From NCBI GenBank assembly GCA_040757115.1, contig JBFLYA010000001.1:6526-70525 (forward strand): a stretch of DNA of 64,000 nucleotides, given 5' to 3'. The position numbers and the translations under genes were made by a program. Each line of letters begins with the position of its first letter. The stretch's first letter is position 1. The notes under the pieces were generated by a model that saw nothing but the letters and a program-made list of their open reading frames with translations, was not told the DNA's origin and did no database searches. Shown here piece after piece: positions 15,001 to 30,000 of this stretch. This stretch comes from a bacterium. Its GTDB lineage: Bacteria > UBA9089 > CG2-30-40-21 > SBAY01.

Positions 15001-18000
15001 GTAAATGTGGTAGTGCCTGCCGGTTGCTGAATTCTGAAATCATACACACTACTAAATGTTCCCGCCTCACTGGCTGTTCCATAAGCAGGCAGGAGATGAT
15101 CTACCTCCCAGTCTTCATCCTTATCTGTTCCAAAATCAACATAAATTCCTTGACTTGCCGCATAGCCTGTGCCAAATAATGTAATTTGTGTTCCTACAGT
15201 TCCCTTAGTCGGTGATACCCAGACTAACTCAGGAATTATCTTGAACAGGTCATCTACTCCACCCAGGTCATTATCTTCTACACCAGAAACAGTATCAGTA
15301 GCATAAATAGTCTTTGTCCCATAGAATTGAGTATCAACTGTCCATGTCCCATTAAATTCACCCGTTGGATTTGCCGTTGTAGTTGTAATCGTCCGTGTCC
15401 AGCCAAATCCAATCAGCACCTCGCCACCACCGGTATAACCATTACCATAAAGTGCAACTCTCGTTCCCACCGTCCCTTTAGTCGGTGTAATACTAACAAT
15501 ATGTGGCACTATTCGTAAGGTATTTGTAGCTTGTTCACGACCTGTAGGTTCTTTCGGACCAATACCCGTCGCTGTCGTTGTTCCAAAGACCTGAACATCA
15601 ATGGTAAATGTCTTTGTCCATGTGCCTGAAGAATCTGTGCTCGCCATAGCAATCGTTTGATTATTACCAAAGGCAATGCGAATGATAGCATTTTCTGAGT
15701 AACCTTTACCTTCGATCGTAATTGTTGTTCCTACAGTGGCGGATTTCGGTGTAAGTGTTGTAATCTTCGGCAGTATAAAGAAATAATTTTGTGCAAACTG
15801 TTTGGTACTGCTACCATAAACGACAATAGTCGTTGTCCCAAATGGTTGGGGAATATCTACTATGTTTTGTAAAAATGCTACAGTAAATGTTCCTTCTGAT
15901 GAAACTCGAACTGGTTCATAAGGAGGTTCGATACCCTCTACTCCATATTCAATATGAATCAATGTCCCATAATTAATCTCTAAATATTCACCATTTCCTA
16001 ATTCATCTCGATGACCATAACCTGTTCCACACACAGTAATAATTCTTCCTACGGTTCCGGTAGTTGGAGTAACTACAGTAATTTCCGGGATAATGACAAA
16101 GTATCTGTATTGGTCAATACATTTTTGCCAATATTCACCCCATTTATCGACTTCCGAAGTTGTAACTCCGGTAGCAACAATTGTTTTTGTTCCAAAGTAT
16201 TGCGTATTTACCGTAAATGTGGTGCTAAATGTCCCTGCATAATTAGTGGTTACCGTTGTTATTGTCAATGTTGTTCCTAAATCTATTTGAACCATTTCTG
16301 TCGCACCATAACCATCTCCAGTAATGAGAATAACATCTCCAACTTGTGCCTTCCATTTATCTGTTACCACAAAATGTGGTATCTCTGAAGTCCTACTAAC
16401 TAAGGTGATATGTGAGGTTATTCTGAATTCATCGTTATCACAATGATTATCCAGATCAACTAAATCAGCCGCAGTTATGGTATGACTACCTGCTGGTTGT
16501 TCATTCACGGTAAAGGTAACACTAAATGTCCCGCAGACATTTGTTGAGACTTGAGTGATAGTAGTTGTCCAGCCAAAATTTATCCGAACTAAAGCCAAAC
16601 TCGCATAACCATCACCAGCAACTGTAACAATTGTCCCCACTGACTGTGTCTTTGGTGTTACCATCCAGATATGTGAAATTATCTTAAAGCAATCAATATC
16701 ACTATAATCTGGTGTATCCCATAAATCTTGTAATCCTGCTGGTCGGTCACGCTGAGCAATAATTGTCGTTGACCCATAAGGTTGGTCATTAACCGTAAAG
16801 GAAATGCTAAATGTCCCATTAATATTTGCCAACCGTTGTATCATTATTGGCACAGTGCCAAATTTTATCGTAACGGTGCCATTTCGATGATAGCCATTAC
16901 CATAAACCGTAATTGGTAATCCAACCGTGCCTACCGTAGCAGTTACATAAACGATATTATGTGTAATCCTAAATTCCTTATTGAATGAAGTGTTTGATGG
17001 TGCACCAACAGCAGTTACAGTATGTGTGCCATAACATTGTTCATCAACCGTCCATTGTGTGCTGAAATAACCTGATGCCTGTGAAGTTATAGTCGTAATT
17101 GTTCGATTTGTGCCAAATTCTATGCGGATAAGTTCACTGCTACCATATCCAGTTCCACTTATCTGGACTATTGTTCCTACTGTTCCAGTTTCTGGGGTAA
17201 TGATAATTCCAGGTGTAATGACAAAATATTGATATGCACCAGTAATCTGACCCGTTGCTTTCACCGTTGTCGTTCCCACCGGTTGAGTATCAACCGTAAA
17301 TGTAGTACTAAATGTCCCATTTGGTCCTGAGGTAACCGTAGTAATCGTCAGATGCGTGCCAAAATCAATCGTGATAAGTTCTGCTGCCTTATATCCAGTT
17401 CCTTGAACCGTGACGGGTGTTGACACGGGTCCAGAAGATGGCACAACTGATGTAACTTCGGCCATAATAAAGAAATAATTATATGCTAACTCTTTAGACT
17501 TATTTGTCCCTCTACTCCTAACAGTTGTTGTTCCTGCTGGTTGAGTATTAACTACAAATGAATGGAGAAATTGTCCGTTAGAATTAGATGATTGAACCTC
17601 TGTAGATTCTTCATCCGTTCCAAATTTAAGGACTATATCTTCTATGGCAGAATATCCATCTCCTCTTATTGTAACAACTGTCCCTACCGTCTGACGATAT
17701 GGAGTAACCTCATATATTCGCGCAATAATCTTAAATTTACCATAATCTACAACACCACTGGTTAATCCTTTTGCACTTATCGTCTTAGTTCCATAAACCT
17801 GGGTATCAACCGTAAATGTCATTGAGAAACTACCATAAGCATCTGTTGTTGTCATCGTAATAGTGCCAGTATTACCAAATCCAATACAAATCCCCTCGGT
17901 TGCACCATAACCATTTCCAGTTACCGTCACGATGCTATATATCTTTTCACCAGTAGTTGCCACAATAAGAGCTTCTACTACCCCAGATGTAGGTGTAATA

Positions 18001-21000
18001 AGTGTAATCCTTGGTAAGATAGTAAATGTGGATGTAGCAATAACATTTTCCGCTGCTGATAATGTTGATGTTCCACTTGCTTTAATTAATGTCGGTCCCT
18101 GTTGTTGAGTATCCACAGTAAAACTGATACTGAATGCCCCCAATTTATCAGTTCTGGTAATAATTCTGGGTCTTGTTGTCCCAAAATCAATTTGTATCCC
18201 TTCACTTATCCCAAAACCATTACCGGCTACTGTCACCTCACTACCAACAGTTCCTGATTGAGGACTAACTAAAATAATATTCGGTAGTATCTTCACGGTA
18301 AATGTTGCATCTTGTGCGCCGCTATTCACACCAATAACTCTAATTGTTGTTGTGCCATAAGATTGCGTATCAATTGTAAATGAGTATTCAAATTCACCTT
18401 TATAATCACTATTATACCAGATAGTTCTGGTTGGATTATTCCCAAACTCTACTCGTATTGGTTCCACTCGACCGAAACCGCTACCTTTTACTGTCACGGC
18501 ACTACCTACACTTCCCGCATAAGGTGCCACTGAATCAATATGTGACAAGATAGTAATAAATGTCGAAGTCCCATCTTGTGAACTCATACCGATAGCAAAA
18601 ATAGTTGTTGTCCCATAAATTTGGGCATTAATCGTAAATGTCGTGCTAAATGACCCATTATTTTCTGCCTGGGCAATAGTTGCTGTATTTGTAGTCCCAA
18701 ATAATATATGGACTTGCTCATTAGAATAATAGCCATTACCTCGAACAGTAATTATTGTGCCAACTATCCCCTGGGTTGGAGTAACAAAGATAATCTCTGA
18801 CCTTATCTTGTAAATATATCTTTCATAAGACTGCCCGGTGGATGACCCTACGGCTATAATACTTGTAGTTCCATAAGATTGAGTATTAACGGTAAATATG
18901 GCGGTAAAGCTACCCGAGGCAGTGCTGGTAACCGTAGTAATAGTCCGTTCCGTCCCAAAGATAATACTAATCATTTCAGTAGCACCAAACCCATTACCCG
19001 CAACTGTAACCCAACTACCAACAGTTCCTTCCGTAGGAACTATAGAGACAATATTAGACAGGATAACAAAAGTAGAAGTTGCTGTAGCTGGAGATGTTAC
19101 TCCTGGAGTAGAATCAACATCCGTCGCTATAATCGTCGTTGTCCCATAAGGTTGAGTATTAATTGTAAATGTAACGGTAAATGACCCACCGCTTTTCATA
19201 TTCATCTGGGTAATATTAATTGTTGTTCCAAAATGAATACTGGCACCATTTGCCGGATAATTAAATCCATTACCATAAACAGTAACTACTTTTCCAACCG
19301 TTCCAGAAGTTGGGGTAACATAAACTATCTTAGGTAAGATTTCGTAACCCAGAGAAACTTGTTTAGATACACTACTTTCATCTTTTGCCCAAACCTCTCT
19401 TAGTGGATAATGCATCTGTTCTGGAACTGTAAATATGGTTGAGAAACTTCCATGTGAATAAGAAGATGTTAGAGTTATGGTTGCTAAATCAACTCCAGTT
19501 ACACCAAATAATATCGCTATCGTCTTAGAGGCATTAAACCCATTTCCTGCGATTGTTACTTTACTTCCTACTATTCCGGATTGTGGTGTAAAGACAATGA
19601 TATTGGGTTCTATCTTAAATTCATGCCTGGCAATAATTCCTTTAGAATCAATAGCAGTTATCGTTGTTGAGCCATAAGGCTGGGTATCGATGGTAAAGAT
19701 AACTGTGAATAAGCCATTTCCATCAGTTGATATACAAGTAATACTCAATGTCGTTCCAAAATCTACTCTTACATAATCGGTCCCTGTAAAACCATCACCG
19801 CTCATTGTCACTATAGTTCCTACTGTGCCCTGATTAGGACTAACATCAATTATCCTTGATAATATCCTGAAGAAGACGGTAGCAGTAGTTCCTGTATTCA
19901 CACCTTTAGCTATAACTGTTGTTGTTCCTACAGGTTGCCCATTAACAGTAAATGTCGTACTGAATGAACCATAGTCCCCATCAATATTAACCAGTGGAAC
20001 AATAGTTACTGTCGTCCCAAATGAAATCAGGATTTTCTCATTTGGAGCACCACCAAAACCATTACCCGCAATTGTCACCGTCGTACCTACAGTTCCATCA
20101 CTCGGGTTAAATACCGTAATATTAGGTCTTATCTTAAACTTATCCTCTGCAGATATATTCTGTGCATCCTTAGCTTTAATCTTACAAGCATCACCACTTG
20201 CATAGTCTCCGTATGCATCAGCCCGCTGAGTATTGACCGTAAATGTAGTTGTCCAGCTACCATACGCTGTTGAGGTAACGGTTGTAATTGACGAATGCAT
20301 ACCAAATTGTATGACAATAGGACTTGTGGCATTAAATCCATTCCCACTCAAAGTAACTATCGTTCCGACTGACCCTGTTTGTGGGCTGACATAGATAATC
20401 TTTGGCAGTATCTTGTAGGTATTGCTCGCAGAGCCTAAACTACCGTAGCCAGTAATCGTTGTTGTGCCGTAAGGCTGGGTATTAATGGTAAATGAAACGC
20501 TAAATGTGCCATTGACATTAGCAGATACAGTCTGAATCGTCGGTGTCGTGCCAAAGCCAATCCACACCAACCCTTCTTTCGGATACCCATTGGCAGTAAT
20601 CGTTACCACACTCCCAACCGTGCCTTCACTCAACTCTACCTTCCAAATAGCAGGTAGTATGGTGAATGTCCCATAATCTGTCTCTTGTGATGATCCTGAA
20701 TATCTTGCTTCTACTGTTGTTGTTCCACCTGGCTGAGCATCTACCGTAAATCTTACCGAGAATGTCCCATCTGTGCTTAGCTCTTTTTCAGCTATCCAAC
20801 CTGGTCGTATTCCAAAGATTATCTTTATGAAATCACCTGGATTGTTATATGGATATCCATTCCCTTCTACGGTAACAAAACTACCTACTGTCCCGGCTGG
20901 CGGACTAATCAATGTTATCTCTTGCGTCACCGTAAATGTAGCCTTTGCACTTGCTCCGGAGGTAGTTCCTGTCCCAACTATCCATTTCTCTCCATATTTC

Positions 21001-24000
21001 TGCGTATCTACGGTAAACACTGCCTGTAATACACCCAGTCTATTCACCTGACTAACTAATATCGTTGGTGTCTTACCAAATCCTATCACTACTTGCTCTG
21101 ATGCCCCATATCCATTACCACACACCGTTACCATACTCCCTACGGTCCCGTATAGCGGTGAAACGGAAACAATATTGGGTATAATCCCAAACTCAGTCGA
21201 GGTCACTCTCTGTTCCAAATCTAAAACACTTATTCCTATTATAGTCGTTGTCCCATAAGGTTGAACATCTACCGTAAAGGTAGTGGTAAATGACCCCGTT
21301 ACTTCTACTATCAAAGTCTTCCTTGTTGGTGTCTCGCCAAAGGCTATCCGTATATTCTCGCTCCTCCCATACCCTGTTCCTTGAACTGTCACTACACTAC
21401 CTACCCTCCCTCTGGTCGGTGTTACTTTAAATATCTCTGGTATTATCTTAAAGAACTTATACGCACTCTGCTCTGCCTCCTGACTCAACCCAAATACCCT
21501 TATCGTCGTAGAACCATAAGGTTGTGTATTTACTACAAAATAAGTAGTAGTAATCGTAAATGTCCCATCTGCACTACTGTTACCACCTCCAGAACAACTT
21601 TGCAAACTACCAAAATCATAATATATAGGTATTCCCTGACCATAACCATTAACATCTACCCTCACTGGTGTCCCGACTGTCCCTATGGATGGTGTAACTA
21701 ATATTATCTCCGGCATTACCTTGAAATACCTTATATCCTCTTGCTCTATACTCATCCCTCTGGCGATAACTGTCTTTGTCCCGTAAATCTGTGTATCTAT
21801 AGTAAATGTCGTCCCAAATGTCCCTACTCCATTTGTAGATATAGTTGTAATGGTATTCTTATTCCCAAAACTTATCCGAATCAATTCACTCGCTCCATAC
21901 CCATCTCCGGTAATCGTCACAAAACTACCTACTGTCCCTTTTGTCGGCGTGCTTGCTGTTATATTTACCTCTATCCTGAATGACCGGCTATATTGATGGT
22001 TATCTCTGTCATATAGCCCATATCCGGTAACTGTCCTTGTCCCATAAAATTGAGTATCTACGGTAAAGGTAATATTGAATGTCCCTCGTTCACTACTCCT
22101 ACCCGTAGTTATCGTCTCTGTCGTCCCAAATTTTATCTGTATCTCCTCTGTTACAGCATATCCTGTCCCAATTACCGTGACTATCTTCCCTACTGACCCG
22201 GCAGTTGGACTAATCAATATCTCTGATGTAATCACAAATATTTCATCATCTGTGGGAGATGGAGTGAAATCAACTCCTTTTACTATCACACTTGTTGTCC
22301 CATAGGCTTGTGAATTTACAGTAAAGTAAACGGTAAATGTCCCATCTGTTGATGCCTCTAAATAATCATTTATTGGTTTACCTTCATATTCATAATCTGG
22401 ATCTAATCCAAACTGTATCCAGATATCATCATTTGCCCTATATCCATCTCCTGATACGGTTACCCGTGTTCCTACTGTCCCTGTATCTGGTGTAATATCA
22501 AAGATATGTGGTAATATGTTGAACTCATCTGTATCCACTGCCCCTGAATTAATTCCATATGCCCGAATAGTATGTGTCCCATATCTCTGACTATTTACTG
22601 TAAATACAGCCGTAAATGAACCCATCGCATCTGAAGTAGCCGTAGTAATAGTTGATGTCGTCCCAAAGTCTATCTGAATTAATTCTGTGGCATTATACCC
22701 ATTACCTCTAACGGTTACTACAGTCCCTACTGTCCCTTCCTTTGGTGTAACCTCGGTTATCCCTGTCTTAATACTAAATGTCCCGGTATCTTGTGTAGTT
22801 GAATTAATCCCATAAGCACGGATGGTGGTTATCCCTACTGGTTGGGTATTAACGGTAAATACCACACTAAATGTCCCGTTAATATTAGCACTAATGGTAT
22901 TAATCGTCAAGGTCGTGCCAAAATCTATTTGCACTAATTCTGACTGCCCAAACCCATCACCGCTTACGGTTACCTGTGAATTTACTACCCCTTCTCTCGG
23001 ATATATGCTGGTAATATGTCCGATTATCTTAAATTGTTTATATGCTTCTTCTAATTCATTACCTTTGCTGGGTAGTTGATATTTACCATAGGCTCGCACA
23101 CTCGTAGAACCATAAGGTTGTGTATTAACTACAAATGAATGGGTAAATGTTCCACCAGGTCCTTGTATGTGCATCAAACTTACTATCTGGCTACTACTAC
23201 CAAAATCTATCCAGACATACTGCTCACCACCTCCACTATATCCATCTCCTGATACCGATACTAATGTCCCTACACTGCCAATTGTCGGTGTAATCAATAT
23301 CCGAGGAATAACTTTGAATTTAGTCTCTACCTGCCGCCCAGAACTCATCCCACTTATTATCACTGACTTCGTCCCATAATCCTGTATATCTACGGTAAAT
23401 TTAGTTGAAAATGAACCATAGACATCGGTAGTAGTTATCGTCAGTGTCTTTGTCGTCCCAAATTCTATATGTATCGCCTCGGTCTGCCCAAATCCATTCC
23501 CGGCTATCGTTATTTCAGTTGTTACTACCCCTATAGTTGGTGTAAAGGTGATTAATTGTGAAAGTATATTAAATGTCCCTACTGATTCTTGTCCTGTATT
23601 TAATCCAGCTGCCTTAACTGTCGTTATCCCATACCTCTGGGTATCTATCGTAAATGTGGTTGAAAAACTACCTCGTTCAGATGTCCTTGTCGTAATAATC
23701 GTCTTTGTCGTCCCAAAGTCTATCCTTATTTCCTCGGTTGCTCCATATCCTGTCCCTAATACCGTAACTATCGTCCCTATTACACCCTCTGTTGGTGAAA
23801 TCCACACGATGACCGATTTAATGGTAAATGTCGCATATAACTGCTCGGCTACATTCACATCGATTATTGTCATCGTTGTTGTCCCATAAACTTGCGTATC
23901 TACCGTAAATGTAGTTGAGAATGACCCATACGCCGTGCTACTTATCGTTGTTATCGTTGCCTCTAATCCAAAACTTATTCGTATCAGACTGCTCGCACTA

Positions 24001-27000
24001 TACCCATTACCGGCTACACTTACTATCGTCCCTACTGTCCCCAAACTCGGTGTCCACTGGATAATGGCTGGCTTAATATCAAATGTCTCCGTTTGCTTAC
24101 CAGCATCTCCAGATGTTACACCTCTTATGACTATAGTGGTTGTTCCATAAGGTTGGGTATTGACGGTAAATGTAGTTGCAAATGACCCACTCTCATTTGC
24201 CCTTGTCGTGGTAATCGTATTAATCGTCCCAAATGATACCCTGATTACCTCTGAAGCTGAATAACCATTACCAGTTACCGTTACTATAGTCCCTACTATC
24301 CCTTGTTTTGGTGTAGTTATTATCTGCGTGGTAATCGTAAATGTATTTGCCGCCTCTGCCCGGGTTGTGCTTCCTATAGCTACTATCGTCGTAATTCCTA
24401 TCGGCTGAGTATTTATAGTAAATGTTGTTGAGAAACTACCCTGTGCATAACTTGAAGTTGTAGTTATCGTCCTTGTCGTCCCAAAATGGATATTGACTAA
24501 TTCACTTGCCCCATATCCATTACCTGCTATGGTAACTATTGTCCCTACTGTCCCTGTCTTCGGTGTAACTAAGAATATAACTGGATTTATCTTTATTGAT
24601 TGAAAAGCTGATATAGTTATTCCTAATGTCCTATATGCCTTTATCGTAGTCGAACCATACGGTTGAGTATTGATAGTAAAGGTAGTGCTAAAACTACCTT
24701 CTGCAGATGCTCCAGGACAAACGATTATACTCGTTATCCCAAAATCTACTATCACATCTTCATTCCCAAAATATCCATTTCCTGCTATCGTTATTATCGT
24801 CCCTACTGTCCCCTCTGTTGGCGATACATACCAGATATGCGGCATTATCTTAAAGATATTATTCTTCTGTGCACTTGCACCTGCCTCAGTCTGTGACTGG
24901 GCTATAATGGTCGTCGTCCCATAAGGTTGAGTATCTACGGTGAATGTAGTAGTGAATGAACCATACATAGTGCTGGTGACTGACTGAATTGCCCCTGCCC
25001 GTGTCCCAAATTTAATATCTATCCCACTACTGGCTGGATAACCATTACCTCGAACCGTCACTAAACTACCGATACTGCCAGAAGTAGGCGTTATCTCGAT
25101 TATCTCGGAGAGGATAAATACCGTCAAATTCTCTGCTGAGCCTCTTGAAGTTATCCCTTCGGCAATAATCGTCGTTGAACCATACGGCTGTGTATCGATG
25201 GTAAAGGTAGTTGTGAAGCTTCCTTCCAGTGTCGCAAAAGTCGTAGTAATTGTCTGTGTTCTCCCAAATCCAATTCGCACTTCCTCATTGCTCAAATACC
25301 CACTACCCTGTAATGTTACTATTGTCCCGACTGTCCCTCTATCCGGCGTTACATACACTAATTTCGGAACTATCTTGTATTCCCACTTCAAGACTGGATA
25401 GTTTGAACTCATCCCTCTAGCAATAATGGTCGTCGTGCCCAAACTCTGTGTATTGACTGTAAATCTCGTGCTGAAACTACCTATACCATCACTGCTCGTC
25501 ATCGTTATCGTCCCACATGTCCCAAAAACAATATGCACTAATTCACTGGCACTATATCCATTACCTGCAACAGTAACGATACTCCCTACTGTCCCTTCTT
25601 TAGGTGATATAACGATTATCTCTGCCAGGATACTCAATGTCCCACCCGCCTGAATACTATCTCCATAAGCCGTGATACTGGTGGTGCCATAAGGTTGCGT
25701 ATCTATTGTCCAGGTAGTCGTCCAACTCCCTTCTGCGTAGGTAGAGGTTAGTTGGATAGTCCGTGTCGTGCCAAAGGCCAGCCGCACCTGCTCTGAGGCA
25801 TTAAATCCATTACCACGAATAGTGATTACCTTCCCTACTGTCCCTTCGGTTGGGCTAATCATAATGATATTTGCCAGAATCGTCAATGTCCCAAATGAAC
25901 TTATTCCCTCTGTCCCATAAACCGTAATGGTGGTCATCCCATAAGGTTGGGTGTTAATCGTAAAGGTTGTGGTAAAGCTTCCCTGAACATCGCTCGATGT
26001 CATTTGAATCGTTCTGGTCGTCCCAAAGTTGAGCCGCAATCGCTCCTGACTATGATACCCCGTGCCTCTGATGGTAATCACCTCACCTACTGTCCCGGTT
26101 GCTGGAACAACTAAGATAATGACTGGTTTGATGGTAAATGTGCCACTGGCATTCACATTATCGCTATCTGTTGCCTTCACTGTGGTTATGCCATAAGGCT
26201 GCGTATCTACGGTAAATGTAGTGGTGAAACTCCCTTCGCCATAACTTGAGGTAATCTGAATTGTTCCTATTGTCCCAAAATCTATCCGAATCGTCTTTGA
26301 TGCACCAAATCCATTCCCTCGCACAGTTACTATCGTCCCCAGTGTCCCTTCGCCTGGTGTTATCAGAATGATATTGGGTAGAATGGTGTATGTCCCGATG
26401 GCTGATTCATCTCCCCTTGCCTTGATAGTGGTGATACCGTAAGGTTGCGTATCGATGGTAAAGGTAGTCGTAAATGACCCTTCTGCATAAGTTGAGCTAG
26501 TTTGAATGGTTAGCGTTGTGCCAAAGTCTATCTTCACTATCTTCCCTGCTCCATAACCATTTCCTCGCACCGTCACCAGACTACCTACTGTCCCTTGTTT
26601 TGGCGTAATCAAGATAATATTGGGCAGGATACTTACTGTCCCTTCTGCAAATACCTCACTGCCTTCATGCCAGGCCTTAATCGTAGTTATGCCATAGGGC
26701 TGGGTATCGATAGTAAAGCTGGTGGTAAAGCTTCCTTGTGGATAACTTAAAGTCGTCTGAATTGTGCCAACTATACCAAAGTTAATGCGGATGAGTTTGG
26801 TCGCTCCATACCCATTCCCACTGACTACTATGATTGTCCCTACTGTCGCCTGTTTGGGTGAGATGTAGATAATATTTGGCTGGATAAAGACCGTTAGATT
26901 GGCAGAACTGTAGCCTGAATTTACACCTACTGCCTTAATTGTAGTTGTCCCATAAGGTTGTGTATCAATCGTCCAGGTGGTTGTCCAGCTACCTTCTTGA

Positions 27001-30000
27001 GCCGCTGAAACTACGGTAATTGTTTGGGTCGTGCCAAAATCTATCTGCACTAACTCCCCTGCTTTATACCCACCGCCTCGTAAGGTCACTACTGTGCCTA
27101 CTGTGCCTTTGTCTGGTGTTACACTGACTAATTGCGGTCGTATCTGGTATGTGGCTGAAGCAAATTGTTGACCTGTTTGAATACCTACGGCGGTAATGGT
27201 CGTTATGCCTAAAGATTGCGTATCAACGGTAAACACTGTCGTCCACGAACCATAAGCCTCACTCGTGGTTATACTTATCGTCCGGGTATTCCCAAAATGA
27301 ATATGTATTACCTCTGTCCTGCCATATCCATTACCACGCACCAGCACTTCACTCCCAACTGTCCCTTCTGGTGGCTGAATAAGAATGATATTTGGTGTAA
27401 TGACAACGCTCTGAGTTGCCCGCACATCCTCTGTCAGACTCACATCTACAGCCGTAATTGTCGTTGTGCCATAAGGCTGAGTAGTGATAGTAAATGAGGT
27501 AGTCCATGAGCCAAAGGCAGTCGTAGAAACGGTAACTAATGTTGGTGTCGTGCCAAAATCTATCCGCACCGAAGTGGCACTACCATACCCATTCCCACTC
27601 ACCGTAACTATTGTTCCTACTGTTCCTGTTTGTGGGCTGACATAGATAATGTTGGGCAATATCTTGTAGGTATTGGTAGCAAAGCCAAGTGCGCCGTAGC
27701 CAGTAATCGTGGTTGTGCCGTAAGGCTGAGTATTGATGGTAAATGAAACACTAAATGTGCCGTTAACATTTGTTGATGTCGTCTGAATCGTCGGTGTCGT
27801 GCCAAAGCCAATCCGCACCAACCCTTCTTTCGGATACCCATCTGCCTTAATCGTTACCACACTCCCCACCGTGCCTTCAGTCAACTCTACCTTCCAGATA
27901 GCCGGCAGAATGTTGAAGCAACCAGTATCTGATTCGAGAGAAGAACTAACATTTTGTGCCTTCACCGTCCTTATCCCACCAGGTTGAGTATCTACGGTAA
28001 ATGTAGTTGAAAATGTCCCATTTGTTGTAGTAACAATATCTTTCCGAACTTCTGATACTCCAAAGTATATCCTTATATCCAAAGCCACTGATGCATATCC
28101 ATTACCTTCTACAGTGACTATTGTTCCTACTGTTCCTTGAGGTGGTGAAATTACTGTAATCTTTGCGGTAATCTTAAATGTATTGGTAGCAGCGGATTCA
28201 CCACAGATAGCACCTGTGCCTACGATAAGCTTACCATCATAACTCTGGGTATCTACCGTAAATACAGCAACAAGCAATCCTACCGCATCTGTAGTAGCAA
28301 TCGTAATAGTTCTTGTTTTACCAAAACCTATTAGAACCTGTTCTGATACAGAATAACCGTTACCTGTTATTGTAATTTGAGTTCCTACTGACCCACTTGT
28401 TGGAGATACACTTATAATATTAGGTTTGATTGAGAAGAAGAAAGTAGTGCTTGTTGCCCTTTGCTCAGGACGAGATATACTTATACCTATAATCGTTGTT
28501 GTGCCATAAGGTTGGGTATCTACTGTAAATGTAGTTGTGAACGAACCACTTACTTCTGAAGTAAGAATAGTAATCGTTGAATTGATACCAAATGCAATTC
28601 TTAATGCCTCACTCTTACCAAATCCATTACCATAGACTGTAACTTGACTCCCTACTGTTCCCAAAGTAGGATAAACATTGGTAATTTTAGGCAGAATCTT
28701 AAACCAACTAAATGCTGAATGTTGTGTTTGTTGCCCCTTTGCCTCTACAGTAGTAGAATCATACGGTTGAACATCGACATTAAACCTAGTAGTAAATGTT
28801 CCTATTAAAGAACTCCTATCTAAGCTCTGATTAATATTAACTCCTGTGTAACCAAAGTCAATCTGTATCAATTCTGTAGCACCAAAACCATTCCCTTCCA
28901 CTGTAACATTAGTCCCTACAGTGCCCAAAGATGGTGTAACCAATATAATGTTAGGTATTATCTTATAGGATTTAGTTACCTGCTGGGATGTATTTTGACC
29001 TGTCATAGTAACTGTCTTTGTGCCATAGATTTGGGTATTAACGGTAAAGGTAGTAGCATAAGTTCCATCTACAGTAGTAGAAACAGTAGTAATACTTTCT
29101 GTATTACCAAAATCTATTCTGACTAATTCACTGGCGCCATATCCTGTTCCTTGGATAGTAACAAAACTCCCTACTGTGCCCTCTGTAGGTGTAAATATAG
29201 GTATATCTACCTCTATTCTGAACCACTCATCTGCCTTATGTTTTTGCATATCATTCAATCCATAACCAGTGATTGTCTTTGTCCCATAGTATTGTGTATC
29301 TATAGTAAAGATAGTGGTAAAGGTTCCATCTTGATTGGTAGAAGTCATAGTAATAGTTGTGGTTTTACCAAAGTCAATTCGGATTTGTTCATTAGCCGCA
29401 TACCCTGTCCCTTGAACAGTTACTATGCTTCCCACCGAACCATTATTTGGTGTAATTACTATCTTAGAGGTAATCACAAAAACAGTTTCATCTGCTATCA
29501 TTGGAAGACTTTCTCCCTCAACTTTAACAGATGTAGAACCATAAGGTTGAGAATTAACCGTAAAGTAGATAGTAAATGTCCCATTTGGAGATGCGTTTGA
29601 ATATCCATCTATGGGTTGACCTTCGTATGGCCAGTTGGTTTCGTTTCCAAAATAAAGTCTAATCTGGTCTGATACTTTATATCCATCACCCATAACAGTA
29701 ACTCTTGTTCCCACTGTTCCTGCAGAAGGTGTGATATAGAATAAATGTGGTAAAATCTTGCAAGAATTATAAGCCTCTACGGTTGAAGTAATCCCATAAG
29801 CCCGAATGGTATGAGTTCCCCAGCGTTGTTTATCTATGGTAAAGATAGCGGTAAATGTTCCAAAACTATCAGGTGTTGCGGTAGTAATGGTTAAAGTATT
29901 ACCAAAGTCTATCTGGACTGTCTCACTGGTCTGATAACCCATACCTCTTACGGTAATGGATGTCCCCACCGTTCCTTGCTGTGGTGAAACAAAGAAGATA

